A stretch of 64,000 nucleotides of DNA, from contig CAWDHI010000006.1 in assembly GCA_963802095.1 (NCBI GenBank), positions 92,302 through 156,301 on the forward strand. The letters are read 5' to 3'. Shown here piece by piece: positions 55,109-64,000 of the stretch (positions within the stretch are counted from its first letter, which is position 1; every line of letters begins with the position of its first letter). Source of the DNA: an uncultured Chloroflexia bacterium (GTDB taxonomy: Bacteria > Chloroflexota > Anaerolineae > Anaerolineales > Anaerolineaceae). Below the pieces are notes generated by a model. The model made no database searches, was not told the origin of the DNA, and was given only the letters and a program-made list of their open reading frames with translations. The translations under genes were made by a program, and so were the position numbers.

Positions 55109-56041
55109 ATGACCTCAAAGGTTTTCGATATCCTCGTCGCAGGTGAGATCAATCCCGACCTCGTTCTGCGGGGAAATGTTATCCCGGAGTTTGGCCAGGT
55201 GGAAAAGGTGGTGGAAGCCGCCGACCTGACGGTGGGGTCCTCCTCGGCCATCTTTGCGTGCGGCGCGGCCAGGCTGGGGTTGAAGGTCGCTTTCATTGGA
55301 GTTTGCGGGGATGATCTTTTCGGCAGGTTTATGCTGGAGGAAATGTTCATCCGGGGTGTGGATATATCCAGCGTGATCATCCGTCCCGGCGGGCAAACCG
55401 GGATAAGTGTTATTTTTGTAAGGGGAAATGACCGTGCAATTCTGACCCATCCCGGGTTGATCTCCGCACTGACCGCCGGGGAAATGAATGATGCGTTGTT
55501 GGAAAAAGCGCGACACCTGCACGTGGCTAGTTATTTTTTACAGTCGGGATTACAACCAGGCTTGGAAGGATTACTCAAGCGGGCTCATGATCTTGGATTG
55601 ACTACTTCGCTGGATTCCAATTGGGACCCGGCTGAGAAATGGCAGGGTTTTAATACATTACTCGAGCACGTGGATGTGTTTCTGCCCAATGAGAACGAAG
55701 CCCTGAGCATCACCGGGCGAAGCAATTTATCCGAGGCGATGCTTGCGCTTGCTGGAAAACCAAAGTTATCCGCGGTCAAATGCGGGGAAAAGGGAGCCTG
55801 TCTCCGTAAGGGGGATACCGAGATCCAGGTTCCCGGTTTGAAGGTGGACGTTGTGGATACCATTGGCGCGGGGGATAGCTTTGATGCGGGATTTCTGTAT
55901 GGTTACCTGAACGGCTGGGAACTGAAGAAAACCCTCACTTTAGCAGCGGTCTGCGGCTCTCTTTCCACCCGTGCCGCCGGCGGGGTGGCCAGTCAGCCCA
56001 CGTTGGAGGAAGCGCTGGTGTATGTCCCATTTGCTGGATGA
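55109..56041 (+). CDS. PfkB-family carbohydrate kinase
   Basis: ...FDILVAGEINPDLV..., ...DSNWDP..., ...VVDTIGAGDSFDAGFLYG... Confidence 0.85.
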   Translation: MTSKVFDILVAGEINPDLVLRGNVIPEFGQVEKVVEAADLTVGSSSAIFACGAARLGLKVAFIGVCGDDLFGRFMLEEMFIRGVDISSVIIRPGGQTGISVIFVRGNDRAILTHPGLISALTAGEMNDALLEKARHLHVASYFLQSGLQPGLEGLLKRAHDLGLTTSLDSNWDPAEKWQGFNTLLEHVDVFLPNENEALSITGRSNLSEAMLALAGKPKLSAVKCGEKGACLRKGDTEIQVPGLKVDVVDTIGAGDSFDAGFLYGYLNGWELKKTLTLAAVCGSLSTRAAGGVASQPTLEEALVYVPFAG

Positions 56042-57287
56042 CATCGTCCGCGCGCAAAAAGCGGGCGAGGTGCGCGGAATTCCCTCGATCTGTTCAGCGC
56101 ATCCGGCTGTACTGACCTGTGCCCTGCGCCATTTCCGTCCTGTATTGATCGAATCCACCTGCAATCAGGTGAACCAATATGGTGGGTACACCGGCATGAC
56201 CCCTCGGGATTTCCACCGGTTCGCAAACTCCCTTGCAGAAGAAACAGGTTTTCCTAGGGAGGAGCTGATCCTGGGTGGTGATCACCTCGGTCCCTCTCCC
56301 TGGCAGGACCTGTCGGTAGAGGAAGCCATGAGTCGGGCGGAGGAATTGGTACGCTCCTATACCAGAGCCGGGTTCACTAAATTGCACATTGATGCCAGTA
56401 TGAAGTTGGGCGGAGATGACCTCCATCAGCAGCTGCCCCCTGAGATTTCTGCGCAGCGCACCGCCCGGCTGGTTCGGGTGGCGGAGGAGGTGGCAGAGGA
56501 CGCTAGTTCCCTAAGGTATGTAATCGGTACAGAGGTGCCTCTTCCGGGCGGAGCACATGAGCATGAAGAGGGGGTGGAGGTTACCCGTGCGGAGGATGTA
56601 GAGGTTACCCTGGAGGTCACCCTGTTGGCGCTGGAAAAGTTGGGCTGCGGTAGTGCTTGGGAACGGGTGATCGCACTGGTTGTACAGCCGGGGGTGGAAT
56701 ACGGCAGTGATTTCATCCTTGAGTACGATCCAAAGAAAGCCGCTAGCCTGGCAAAAACCTCGGAAGATACCCACCAGGTTTTTGAGGCTCATTCCACCGA
56801 TTACCAATCTCCTCAAGCTTTGGCGCAGCTGGTTCGTGACCATTTTGCCATCCTCAAAGTGGGTCCAGCGCTCACCTTTGCCTACCGGGAGGCGCTTTTC
56901 GGGCTGGCGATTATCGAGGATGAGCTCATTCCGGAGGGGGAGAGATCGCATCTGCAAGCGACGCTGGAGGCGGCCATGCTGCGTAACCCAAAGCACTGGG
57001 CGGTCCATTACCCCGGTACGGACGTTGAACAGGCTTACCAGCGCAAATACAGCTTGAGCGACCGCTGCCGTTATTACTGGACCGACCCGAAAGTGATTGA
57101 TGCGGTGGCGATATTGTGGAGGAACTTAAAAGGAAAAGAGCTGCCATTAGAGTTGTTTAAGGGGGTTCTGACTGAAAGGTTTGGATTGAATTGGAAACCC
57201 GATGCCGAAACATTGGTTCAGGAAAATATCCTGGCGGTTCTGGGAAGATATTATTCCGCTTGCGGATTTGACCTATCAACCAGATAA
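56022..57287 (+). CDS. GatZ/KbaZ-family protein (tagatose-bisphosphate aldolase non-catalytic subunit / tagatose-6-P 4-epimerase family)
   Basis: MSHLLDDIVRAQKAGEVRGIPSICSAHPAVL...LIESTCNQVNQYGGYTGMTP...LGGDHLGP... Confidence 0.8.
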   Translation: MSHLLDDIVRAQKAGEVRGIPSICSAHPAVLTCALRHFRPVLIESTCNQVNQYGGYTGMTPRDFHRFANSLAEETGFPREELILGGDHLGPSPWQDLSVEEAMSRAEELVRSYTRAGFTKLHIDASMKLGGDDLHQQLPPEISAQRTARLVRVAEEVAEDASSLRYVIGTEVPLPGGAHEHEEGVEVTRAEDVEVTLEVTLLALEKLGCGSAWERVIALVVQPGVEYGSDFILEYDPKKAASLAKTSEDTHQVFEAHSTDYQSPQALAQLVRDHFAILKVGPALTFAYREALFGLAIIEDELIPEGERSHLQATLEAAMLRNPKHWAVHYPGTDVEQAYQRKYSLSDRCRYYWTDPKVIDAVAILWRNLKGKELPLELFKGVLTERFGLNWKPDAETLVQENILAVLGRYYSACGFDLSTR

Positions 57288-57304
57288 AAGCGATAAAACA
57301 GCCA

Positions 57305-58276
57305 TCAAATATCGGAGTGCCTAAGATCCTGCTCATCCAATAGATGCAGCGTTTTTGCTTGTAAGCTCGATATTTCCAGCAAGCGGAAGTTGATCCTAGT
57401 GAGGATGATGCCTGCGAATCCAGAGAGTACACCGATCAACACCAATCCAGTAGCCAGGATGGCCAGAGGTACACGGTAGATGTATTGATAAAGGATATAA
57501 TCCTGGATCACGAAAGCTCCAGCGATCAATCCGCAGACCAGTAGAAACAGTCCAATCCCACCATAGAAGGTGAGTGGTTTATAGGATTGCATCAAGGTGA
57601 ATATTTTTTACAGCACCCTAGCGCCATCCCGGAATGTGTGCAGCTTTGAAGTGCTGCCCGCCGGCCGTGCGCGATAGGGGATTTCGACCTCCACGATCTT
57701 GAAATGCCGGTAGAGCATTTGCAGGGTCATCTCGGTTTCCACGTCGAACCCGGCTGCTACAATGGGGATCTCCAGTGCGACGGAACGATTGAAAACGCGG
57801 TATCCGGACATGGGATCTTTAAGACTGGAGGAGAAGATTATATTGATGAAAGAGCAGATCACCTGGTTACCGCGGTAATGCATAGGGCGAAAGGCGGTAT
57901 TGGTAAAGTCCGAAAGGCGCTGCCCCACAGCCATATCTGCAAGACCATCACGCACCAGCGCAATTAGTGAGTGGACGGATTCTGCCGGGTAGGTGTCGTC
58001 GCCATCCACCATTACGTAAAGATCTGCCCTCACTTTTTGCAGAATGGCGCTAACGACAAAGCCTTTCCCCTGTCGCTTTTCATGGATCACTTCCGCCCCT
58101 GCCTTGCGGGCTGTGGCACCGCTGCCATCGGTCGAGTTATTGTCGAAAACAATTATTTTCGCATCAGGCAACTCGAATTTAAAATCACGGATACCCTTGG
58201 CGATGGTAGTGACTTCATTAAAGCAAGGAATCACCACGGCAATCTTTGGTTTTTGGCTTGTTTTTACCATTGGCAT
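57305..58276 (-). CDS. family 2 glycosyltransferase with C-terminal TM helices, interrupted by an in-frame TAA at 57608-57610
   Basis: ...KIAVVIPCFNE...VFDNNSTDGS...VMVDGDDTY... then ...FRDGARVL-stop-KIFTLMQSYKPLTFYGGIGLFLLVCGL... in the same frame. Confidence 0.75.
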
Positions 58277-58505
58277 ATTGGTTTCCGATCTGCTGCAATT
58301 GTTAATCCGTTTCCCGTTTACACTTCACGCTTTTAAATTATAAAGGATGTTTTTCCTAATCGAGGGACTGTTCATAGGGGTGAGAGAGTAGGCATTTTTT
58401 AATAGGTGCGTTGGAAAGTGCGCGAGCTGAATGAGAGTAACAGAATTATTCCTCTTTTTACCATGCTATACTCACCATACCACACCGCTTTCATAGGTAA
58501 TCAAC

Positions 58506-59390
58506 ATGGCTGACACTGCAAAAAAGAAACGGATCGTGATCGTCACCGATAGCATCGCCCAAGTTCCCTCTGACCTGGTGAAGGAATTGGATATCCGTGT
58601 TTCCCCGTTGGTCTTCACGGTGGAAGGTGAAAGTTTTCCCGACTGTGGCGATTTTGACCCTCAGGTGCTCTACCGGCGCATGCGCGCGGAAAAGGATCTG
58701 AAGATCACCACCGCTTCTCCATCCATCGCTCAATTTAAGTTGATTTTTAGCCAGGCGCTAAAGGAAGGGGCTGATAGCGTTCTGTATGTAGGCCTTTCCA
58801 GCCGGTTGAGCAGCACCTTTGGAGTTGCTGAAGTAGCCATGCAAATGGTGCGCGAGGATTTCCCGGATAAACAAGCGGAATGTTTCGATACCCGCCTGGC
58901 GACCATCGCCCAGGGTTTCCTTGTGACCAAGGCAGCCCGGATGGCTGCCCGGGGGGCGCTGCTCAGCGAAATCCTAGCCTGTCTGCGGCAGGAGCGCCGG
59001 AATATCGGGCTGGTGGCATCGTTGGAAACGCTTGAGTACCTCGCGCGCGGCGGGCGGATCAACAATGCGTCCTACATGATGGGCAGCATGATCAATATCC
59101 TGCCGGTCCTTACGCTCACCGAGGATGGTAAGGTGGTGAAGGTGGGGTTAGTTCGCAGCCCTCAGAAGGCTTTCCGGAAAATGGTTGATTACGTGGCCGA
59201 GCGGGTGGAAAAGGACCGGACGTTGACCGTGGCAGTGATGCATGCTGATATCCTGGAATGGGCGGATCAATTGAAAACGATGGTGGAGCACCAGCTCCAC
59301 CCCGAGAATATAATCGTCACCAGTTTCACCCCCGTGATGGCCGTGCACACAGGCCCAGGCTTGATCGGCCTGGCGTATTACTGGCACTAA
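58506..59390 (+). CDS. DegV family fatty-acid-binding protein
   Basis: ...IVIVTDSIAQVPSDLVKELDIRVSPL...TASPSIAQF...GLSSRLSSTF...HTGPG... Confidence 0.85.
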   Translation: MADTAKKKRIVIVTDSIAQVPSDLVKELDIRVSPLVFTVEGESFPDCGDFDPQVLYRRMRAEKDLKITTASPSIAQFKLIFSQALKEGADSVLYVGLSSRLSSTFGVAEVAMQMVREDFPDKQAECFDTRLATIAQGFLVTKAARMAARGALLSEILACLRQERRNIGLVASLETLEYLARGGRINNASYMMGSMINILPVLTLTEDGKVVKVGLVRSPQKAFRKMVDYVAERVEKDRTLTVAVMHADILEWADQLKTMVEHQLHPENIIVTSFTPVMAVHTGPGLIGLAYYWH

Positions 59391-59412
59391 CCCCCGTTAT
59401 AAATCTTTTTTT

Positions 59413-60069
59413 TCAATCCTCTGCGATTTTGCGATGAATCCATACCTTGTGATCGGGAATGTCCCGGTCAAAGACCAGGCGCAGCCAGATGACCCTGTGA
59501 CGTTCCGCGCCGGGTGGCGGGAGCGGGCGGCGGTTGGCCTCCAGCCGCTTGATGAGGGTGATTGAGATCATAACCGCAACCATCCAATAGAGCGCGGTAT
59601 CACCACCCAGAAAATGGATCAGGAGAGGCAACGTGACCAGACTGGCCAGCGTCCAGGGGGCGGAATCACCGAGAAGAAATCCAATAGCGAGGAATCCCAA
59701 TAACCATAGATCTCCCCATGGGAAGAGCACCAGCATAACCCCCAGGAATGGGCTGATACCCCTGCCGCCAGTGAAGCCCAGGTAAAGCGGCCAGTTGTGC
59801 CCAAGCACCGCGCACATCCCGGCAGCCACGGCAGCGGGTAATCCCATCCCGAGTTGCAGAACCAGCCAGGTGGGCAGTGCGCCTTTAAGAACATCAAAGA
59901 TGCCCACCGGGACGATAAGCCAGCGGTGAGTGTGCTCGAAGAGCATGGAGCCGCTCACCGTGCCGCTGCCATATTTGCGTAGGTCGATGCCCTTTGTACA
60001 GCGGGCGGCCAGGTACGAGGTAGGGATGGAGCCGAAGAGATAGGCCAGGAGGAACAGGAGGAGGGGCAT
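59413..60069 (-). CDS. PlsY-like glycerol-3-phosphate acyltransferase family membrane protein
   Basis: MPLLLFLLAYLFGSIPTSYLAARCTKGIDLRKYGSGT...FDVLKG... The GSGN motif is divergent (GSGTVSGS). Confidence 0.65.
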   Translation of the reverse strand: MPLLLFLLAYLFGSIPTSYLAARCTKGIDLRKYGSGTVSGSMLFEHTHRWLIVPVGIFDVLKGALPTWLVLQLGMGLPAAVAAGMCAVLGHNWPLYLGFTGGRGISPFLGVMLVLFPWGDLWLLGFLAIGFLLGDSAPWTLASLVTLPLLIHFLGGDTALYWMVAVMISITLIKRLEANRRPLPPPGAERHRVIWLRLVFDRDIPDHKVWIHRKIAED

Positions 60070-60188
60070 GGGGTTATTTGATTCTATTATAAATAGAACC
60101 TGCGAATAGCAGGTTCAAAAAAGGAGTGGATAGAAATAACCAAACGTGGCTGGAAATTATTTATAATTCTAAAAATCACGAACTGGTA

Positions 60189-62024
60189 TTATCCCAAGCG
60201 AATAGCGTCCATGAAGATATCCTGATAATTCTGAACAGTAGTCAATTCAATATATTCGATCGAATCCACCATTTTTTCAGCTTCAATCCTCTTTTTATTT
60301 GACAATAATAATTCGCGAGCTCCTGAACCGGCAGCATTCCCAACTTGTTGAAAACGACCCAAGGGCATTGATGGAAACATGCCGATCCGCAGCGTGTTTT
60401 TTAGGTCCAGATATGAACCAAATGCTCCCGCGACCAGGAATAATTCAATATCTTCCGCTTGAATTCCGGCATTTTCCAAAAGAACTTCTATCCCGGAGCG
60501 AATGGCAGCTTTGGCTAACTGAATTTCGTTGATGTCCCTCCGGTTGACTGCAATTTCACGACCGTGGCCACTGTTTTCAGGAGGCACAAGAATAAACCTC
60601 AAAGAACCTTGTGAATCCCAAACGCGGGGATCTGTCTTGATAAAGGATCCTCGAAAATCGATCAGGTTTTCTTTGAGCATTTCGGCGACCGAATCCAGAA
60701 TTCCAGACCCACAAATACCGATGGCAGGTTTATTGTTTATTGTTTGAATCTTCACAGTCTCTTCATCAATGAACACTCGTTCGATTGCACCTGAAATGGC
60801 GCGTAACCCATCGCGAATATGGGCTCCTTCAAATGCCGGACCGGACGCACAAGAACAGGCAAAATGCTGCCCCTGATGAATGAGACTGATTTCAGTATTC
60901 GTTCCAATATCCAGCGCGACGACGGTTTTACCGCGATGCCTTGCATCAGTTGCCAGCAACATCGCGATATGATCACCCCCCACAAAGCCGGCGATATTCG
61001 GCGGAAGGTACAAATAGGCATTTTCGGCGATGGTGATTCCAACCTTGCCTGCCGGAAAATGCATGACTTGTATGCTGGCGGGAGTATATGGGGCAGTACC
61101 AAGAGAATGCACCGGAAGTCCCGCTAGGAAATGGTGCATGGCAGTATTTCCCACCATCACACTATCTACAATTTGATCGGGAGTGGTACCGATTTGCTGA
61201 CAAAGTTCAATCAGCAAATCATTAATGGCCTGAACGAGCATTTTCTGTAGGATCTCAGCCCCTTGTGGATGCTCATTTGTATATTTGATCCGGCTGATAA
61301 CATCTTCTCCGTACGCGACCTGCGGGTTGATCACTCCACCTGAAGCCAGGGTTTGACCAGTTTGCAGGTCCAAGAGATACCCGGCAATCTTGGTTGTACC
61401 GATATCCACCGCATAACCCAACAATTTGTTAACAGGAGGAATCGCAGTAATTACTCCAAATTTGTTCAGAACAATGGAGGCATTCCCGTTATATTCTTTA
61501 ATGATCTTTTGTAGCCCGGAAATAAGGTTTGTGGGAATATCGGCACCCCGAATCCCATTAACCTCAAGGAATTTACGAACTTGTTCCATGTCCGATAAAT
61601 ATTCAATTCTATCGCTGATGGGGAGGGTGATTTCCACCCGTTTAATGACCGGATCGACCTCAAAGTTATAATTTACACTTTCCAGCTGTAACCGCTGCAG
61701 GGTTGCAAGAGATTCGGGGGGAATTTGAATTGTACAATCGGAAAGGATTTGGGTGCTGCAAGCAAGTCTTAATCCAGAATTGATTTCCGACTTCTGCAAT
61801 TGATCAATTTCATCATCGCAAAGTAAAGAAAAATCACCCGAGATCGGCCTGACTTTACACATCCCACAGGAACCGTTTCCTCCGCAGACCGCATTAATCT
61901 CAATACCAGCCTGTTGAGAAGCGCCAAGTATTGTGGTATTGGCTCCAACTCGAACCCTGCGACCGACAGGTTCAAGCGTTATCCAATACATATCAGCATC
62001 TTTCTTGGTTTTTATTGCACACAT
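60189..62024 (-). CDS. corrinoid reductive-activation protein (2Fe-2S ferredoxin + ASKHA/DUF4445 ATPase, RACo-like)
   Basis: ...AVCGGNGSCGMCKV... 2Fe-2S N-domain, ASKHA ...YAVDIGTTKIAGYL... and ...VALDIGTNTEISL... An alternative start MYWITLE at 61991 is possible. Confidence 0.8.
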   Translation of the reverse strand: MCAIKTKKDADMYWITLEPVGRRVRVGANTTILGASQQAGIEINAVCGGNGSCGMCKVRPISGDFSLLCDDEIDQLQKSEINSGLRLACSTQILSDCTIQIPPESLATLQRLQLESVNYNFEVDPVIKRVEITLPISDRIEYLSDMEQVRKFLEVNGIRGADIPTNLISGLQKIIKEYNGNASIVLNKFGVITAIPPVNKLLGYAVDIGTTKIAGYLLDLQTGQTLASGGVINPQVAYGEDVISRIKYTNEHPQGAEILQKMLVQAINDLLIELCQQIGTTPDQIVDSVMVGNTAMHHFLAGLPVHSLGTAPYTPASIQVMHFPAGKVGITIAENAYLYLPPNIAGFVGGDHIAMLLATDARHRGKTVVALDIGTNTEISLIHQGQHFACSCASGPAFEGAHIRDGLRAISGAIERVFIDEETVKIQTINNKPAIGICGSGILDSVAEMLKENLIDFRGSFIKTDPRVWDSQGSLRFILVPPENSGHGREIAVNRRDINEIQLAKAAIRSGIEVLLENAGIQAEDIELFLVAGAFGSYLDLKNTLRIGMFPSMPLGRFQQVGNAAGSGARELLLSNKKRIEAEKMVDSIEYIELTTVQNYQDIFMDAIRLG

Positions 62025-62758
62025 CGGAAAATATTTGTATCATAGGATGGTTCGATAGAATGGTTGGGTGGAATCACAATGAAATTCGAAGATGTACCAG
62101 TCCATTCACCATTGAGCAGTTGGCGAAAAAGAACCAGATCTCCTGCTAGATTTTCAAAAGCCCAACCTCTTTGGGTGGCTTCCAGGCGAACTTTTTGTAA
62201 GGATTCTTCATCATTATGAATATTCGAATCGATATATACAGCTCTATTATAGTGAGATTGCCACCCACCCATCACTTCCATCAGGTATTCTGCGTTTTCT
62301 TTGCCATACTTGATAACGAAACTGTCATATTGTTTTGATAATTCTTCTTCGGATATGGGACCCATTGAAGTAAATTTACCCTCGCTGTCGGCTCTTTCCA
62401 GGAAATCCTGCGAATACCAATAAGTTCCCGGATTACTTTCAAATTGTGCCTGGTATTTTTGCGGGTCGCCAAGGAGCAGGGAAATACAGTCGTGAACACA
62501 AGGGATCACCAGTTGGATCGAGCGAGCCTTTAAGCCAGCCGTTCCATTACCGCATAAACCATATCCAAGCAAAATTGCATCATAGCTGCGACTTTCAGCT
62601 TGATCGATATGGCGTTGAATAGATTCCTTGAGTTTTTCTGGCTGGTTGTGTAATCCGCGTTCGATTAACTCAATGTCGATGACCAAAGGAGAATATGCCG
62701 CTGAAAGGTAAAGCGGTCGGGCAAATATCTCGCAGGCGATACATAACAATCTTGTCAA
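62012..62758 (-). CDS. DUF1638 domain-containing protein
   Basis: MTRLLCIACEIFARPLY...DAILLGYGLCGNG...IPCVHDCISLLLG... This family typically accompanies corrinoid methyltransferase genes. Confidence 0.7.
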   Translation of the reverse strand: MTRLLCIACEIFARPLYLSAAYSPLVIDIELIERGLHNQPEKLKESIQRHIDQAESRSYDAILLGYGLCGNGTAGLKARSIQLVIPCVHDCISLLLGDPQKYQAQFESNPGTYWYSQDFLERADSEGKFTSMGPISEEELSKQYDSFVIKYGKENAEYLMEVMGGWQSHYNRAVYIDSNIHNDEESLQKVRLEATQRGWAFENLAGDLVLFRQLLNGEWTGTSSNFIVIPPNHSIEPSYDTNIFRCVQ

Positions 62759-63754
62759 TCAGAATGCTCGCGCACCACCCTGTAGAATGCGTCCAAATTC
62801 TCAACCGGAGTGTGGGGCGGTATATCGCATCCCGAGGAGATAATGAAGTTCTTATACAGTGAGGTAAGGCTCATTAAATCTGATGTTTGTGCCTCCACTT
62901 CAGCTATCGTGCCACTATGAAAAACGGCTGTAGGGTCCAGATTACCGGCGATAATCACCTCACTGCCAACTTGTGTTATCGCCTGACTCATATCCATTGG
63001 AGCACCAAAATGAAAGATCTCGGCCCCCGCCTCCAATATTTTTGGCAAATGCGCGATTTTCGCGCCGCAGTTATGGAGCAAGATCGTAAAATTATCGGTT
63101 TGGGATTTATCCACGATTTCCTTTACAAACGCCGAGGAAAACTTTGCCAATCCTCTTGGCGAAAGCAAGCCCGCGGCGGGCTCAGCCATGATCACTCCAT
63201 CGACACCCTGATCTCGAAAAGCTAGAACGTATTCAATCAAAAACTGAGTTACTTTCTCTAATAATCGTTCTGCTTGATCGGGATCGGTCAAGGACAATTC
63301 GAGTATTTCGCTAACGCCGAAAAGACCGGCCAGCCAGCGAAAAAGGGCCAATAGACTCCCCCCAGCACCGGGATGACCATTCGCCTGGGTAACCAATTCT
63401 TGAGCAGTTTGTAAATGGACGGAGGTCCTCTTATCTCCCGCTGATGGAATGGTTAGCCGGTCGATTTCCTCCCCGGTTGTGACCAGGCGGTCGATCACAG
63501 TTGGAATATCATCATCGGACATTCTAATTTCACTTCCAAAAGTTTCTGCTTCAGCACTCAAATCCATGGCAGTAAGCATTACTGGAGTGTGAAATCGTTC
63601 GTGCAAAGCCAGCACCGCTTCTGTTTGATGTTGGGCACTCGTCACAGCGTCTTTTACCGATGCACCTGTGATTTCAAGCCCAGCATAGACGCCGATCGGC
63701 ATCGGAATTCGGGTAGGTGAGTCCAAGAACAAATCTGCCAAATTTAGTTCTCAT
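62755..63754 (-). CDS. uroporphyrinogen-decarboxylase-family methyltransferase (MtaA/MtbA/CmuA-like methylcobamide methyltransferase; frame break at the extreme 5' end)
   Basis: ...PIGVYAGLEITG...MLTAMDLSAEAETFG...IMAEPAAGLLSP...LLHNCG...SSGCDIP... ATG at 63754 (MRTKF) is out of frame with the main ORF by one base. Confidence 0.75.
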
Positions 63755-63758
63755 CCGG

Positions 63759-64000
63759 TTACTCCTTTCCCATTAACCGGCTTGCAATAACAACAGCCTG
63801 ACTGGCGTCAGGCGCATAACCATCCGCGCCAATTTCATCTGCATATTTCTGAGAAATAGGTGCTCCACCAATAATTATCTTCAAGGCCTTTACGAACCCC
63901 ATTATGCTTCGAGAAATTGCAGGGTTTTTTCCATATTCACCATGGTGGTTGTTAAGCAATGCCGACATCCCCACAATATCCGGTTTGTGAGTATTTATCG
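63759..64000 (-). CDS. corrinoid (B12-binding domain) protein, C-terminal part (runs off window; two local frame breaks)
   Basis: ...DIVGMSALL then LTTTMVNMEKTLQFLEA in another frame, then ...KALKIIIGGAPISQKYADEIGADGYAPDASQAV... Confidence 0.7.
   Translation of the reverse strand, partial: INTHKPDIVGMSALLNNHHGEYGKNPAISRSIMGFVKALKIIIGGAPISQKYADEIGADGYAPDASQAVVIASRLMGKE

Noticed and set aside
32272-57610. Possibility that TAG/TAA are reassigned sense codons (three in-frame stops)
   Set aside because: TAA, TAG and TGA all terminate neighbouring genes at positions matching family-typical C-termini and terminators (for example Ubl TAA, E1 TAG, lysS TGA). A genome-wide recoding is therefore not supported. 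Nonsense mutation or base error is simpler.
1-64000. CRISPR arrays, rRNA genes, transposase/IS elements, prophage structural genes
   Set aside because: I found no run of regularly spaced identical 25-40-nt repeats, no rRNA-like conserved stretches, and no transposase or capsid/terminase-like translations in any frame of the ORF track. The only mobility trace is the integrase remnant at 24869-25063.

Overview
64-kb chromosomal segment from a high-GC bacterium. Gene content (bacterial Elp3, PD40/TolB-tailed Ser/Thr kinase and anti-sigma factor, four-subunit 2-oxoacid:ferredoxin oxidoreductase, GatZ-type sugar locus) fits a Chloroflexota/Anaerolineae-like genome, but that is inference only. I can support about 70 protein genes and one tRNA-Lys(UUU). 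I see no rRNA and no CRISPR array. Housekeeping anchors are lysS, greA and the oxidoreductase operon. The rest is accessory: seven GNAT acetyltransferases (three in tandem), an ABC-2 exporter, an ECF sigma/anti-sigma pair, a DeoR-controlled sugar ABC/GH4/PfkB/GatZ locus, and a low-GC corrinoid methyltransferase cluster at the right edge. Several low-GC islets interrupt the high-GC backbone: 12.1-12.6 kb; 13.8-16.3 kb (Mrr + GIY-YIG nucleases); 24.75-26.74 kb (decayed tRNA-Lys island carrying a triple-RidA fusion); 32.5-33.95 kb (TIR/SEFIR-like gene); and 60.1-64 kb. The standout is a tightly packed seven-gene operon at 38.6-45.0 kb. It encodes a GntR-wHTH-fused E1, a polytopic-membrane RING-like protein, a Ubl-E2 fusion with a eukaryote-type HPN-Cys active site, a free Ubl ending in Gly, a JAMM/JAB peptidase, a glycine-zipper membrane FHA protein and a vWA protein. 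This is a eukaryote-like ubiquitination system with an architecture I cannot match to any characterised Bil/Bub/CBASS module. Major caveat: I count at least 30 single-nucleotide frame breaks and 3 in-frame stops in otherwise recognisable genes. These are either consensus indel errors or real pseudogenisation. Many gene coordinates are therefore whole-gene spans across frame breaks, not single ORFs.
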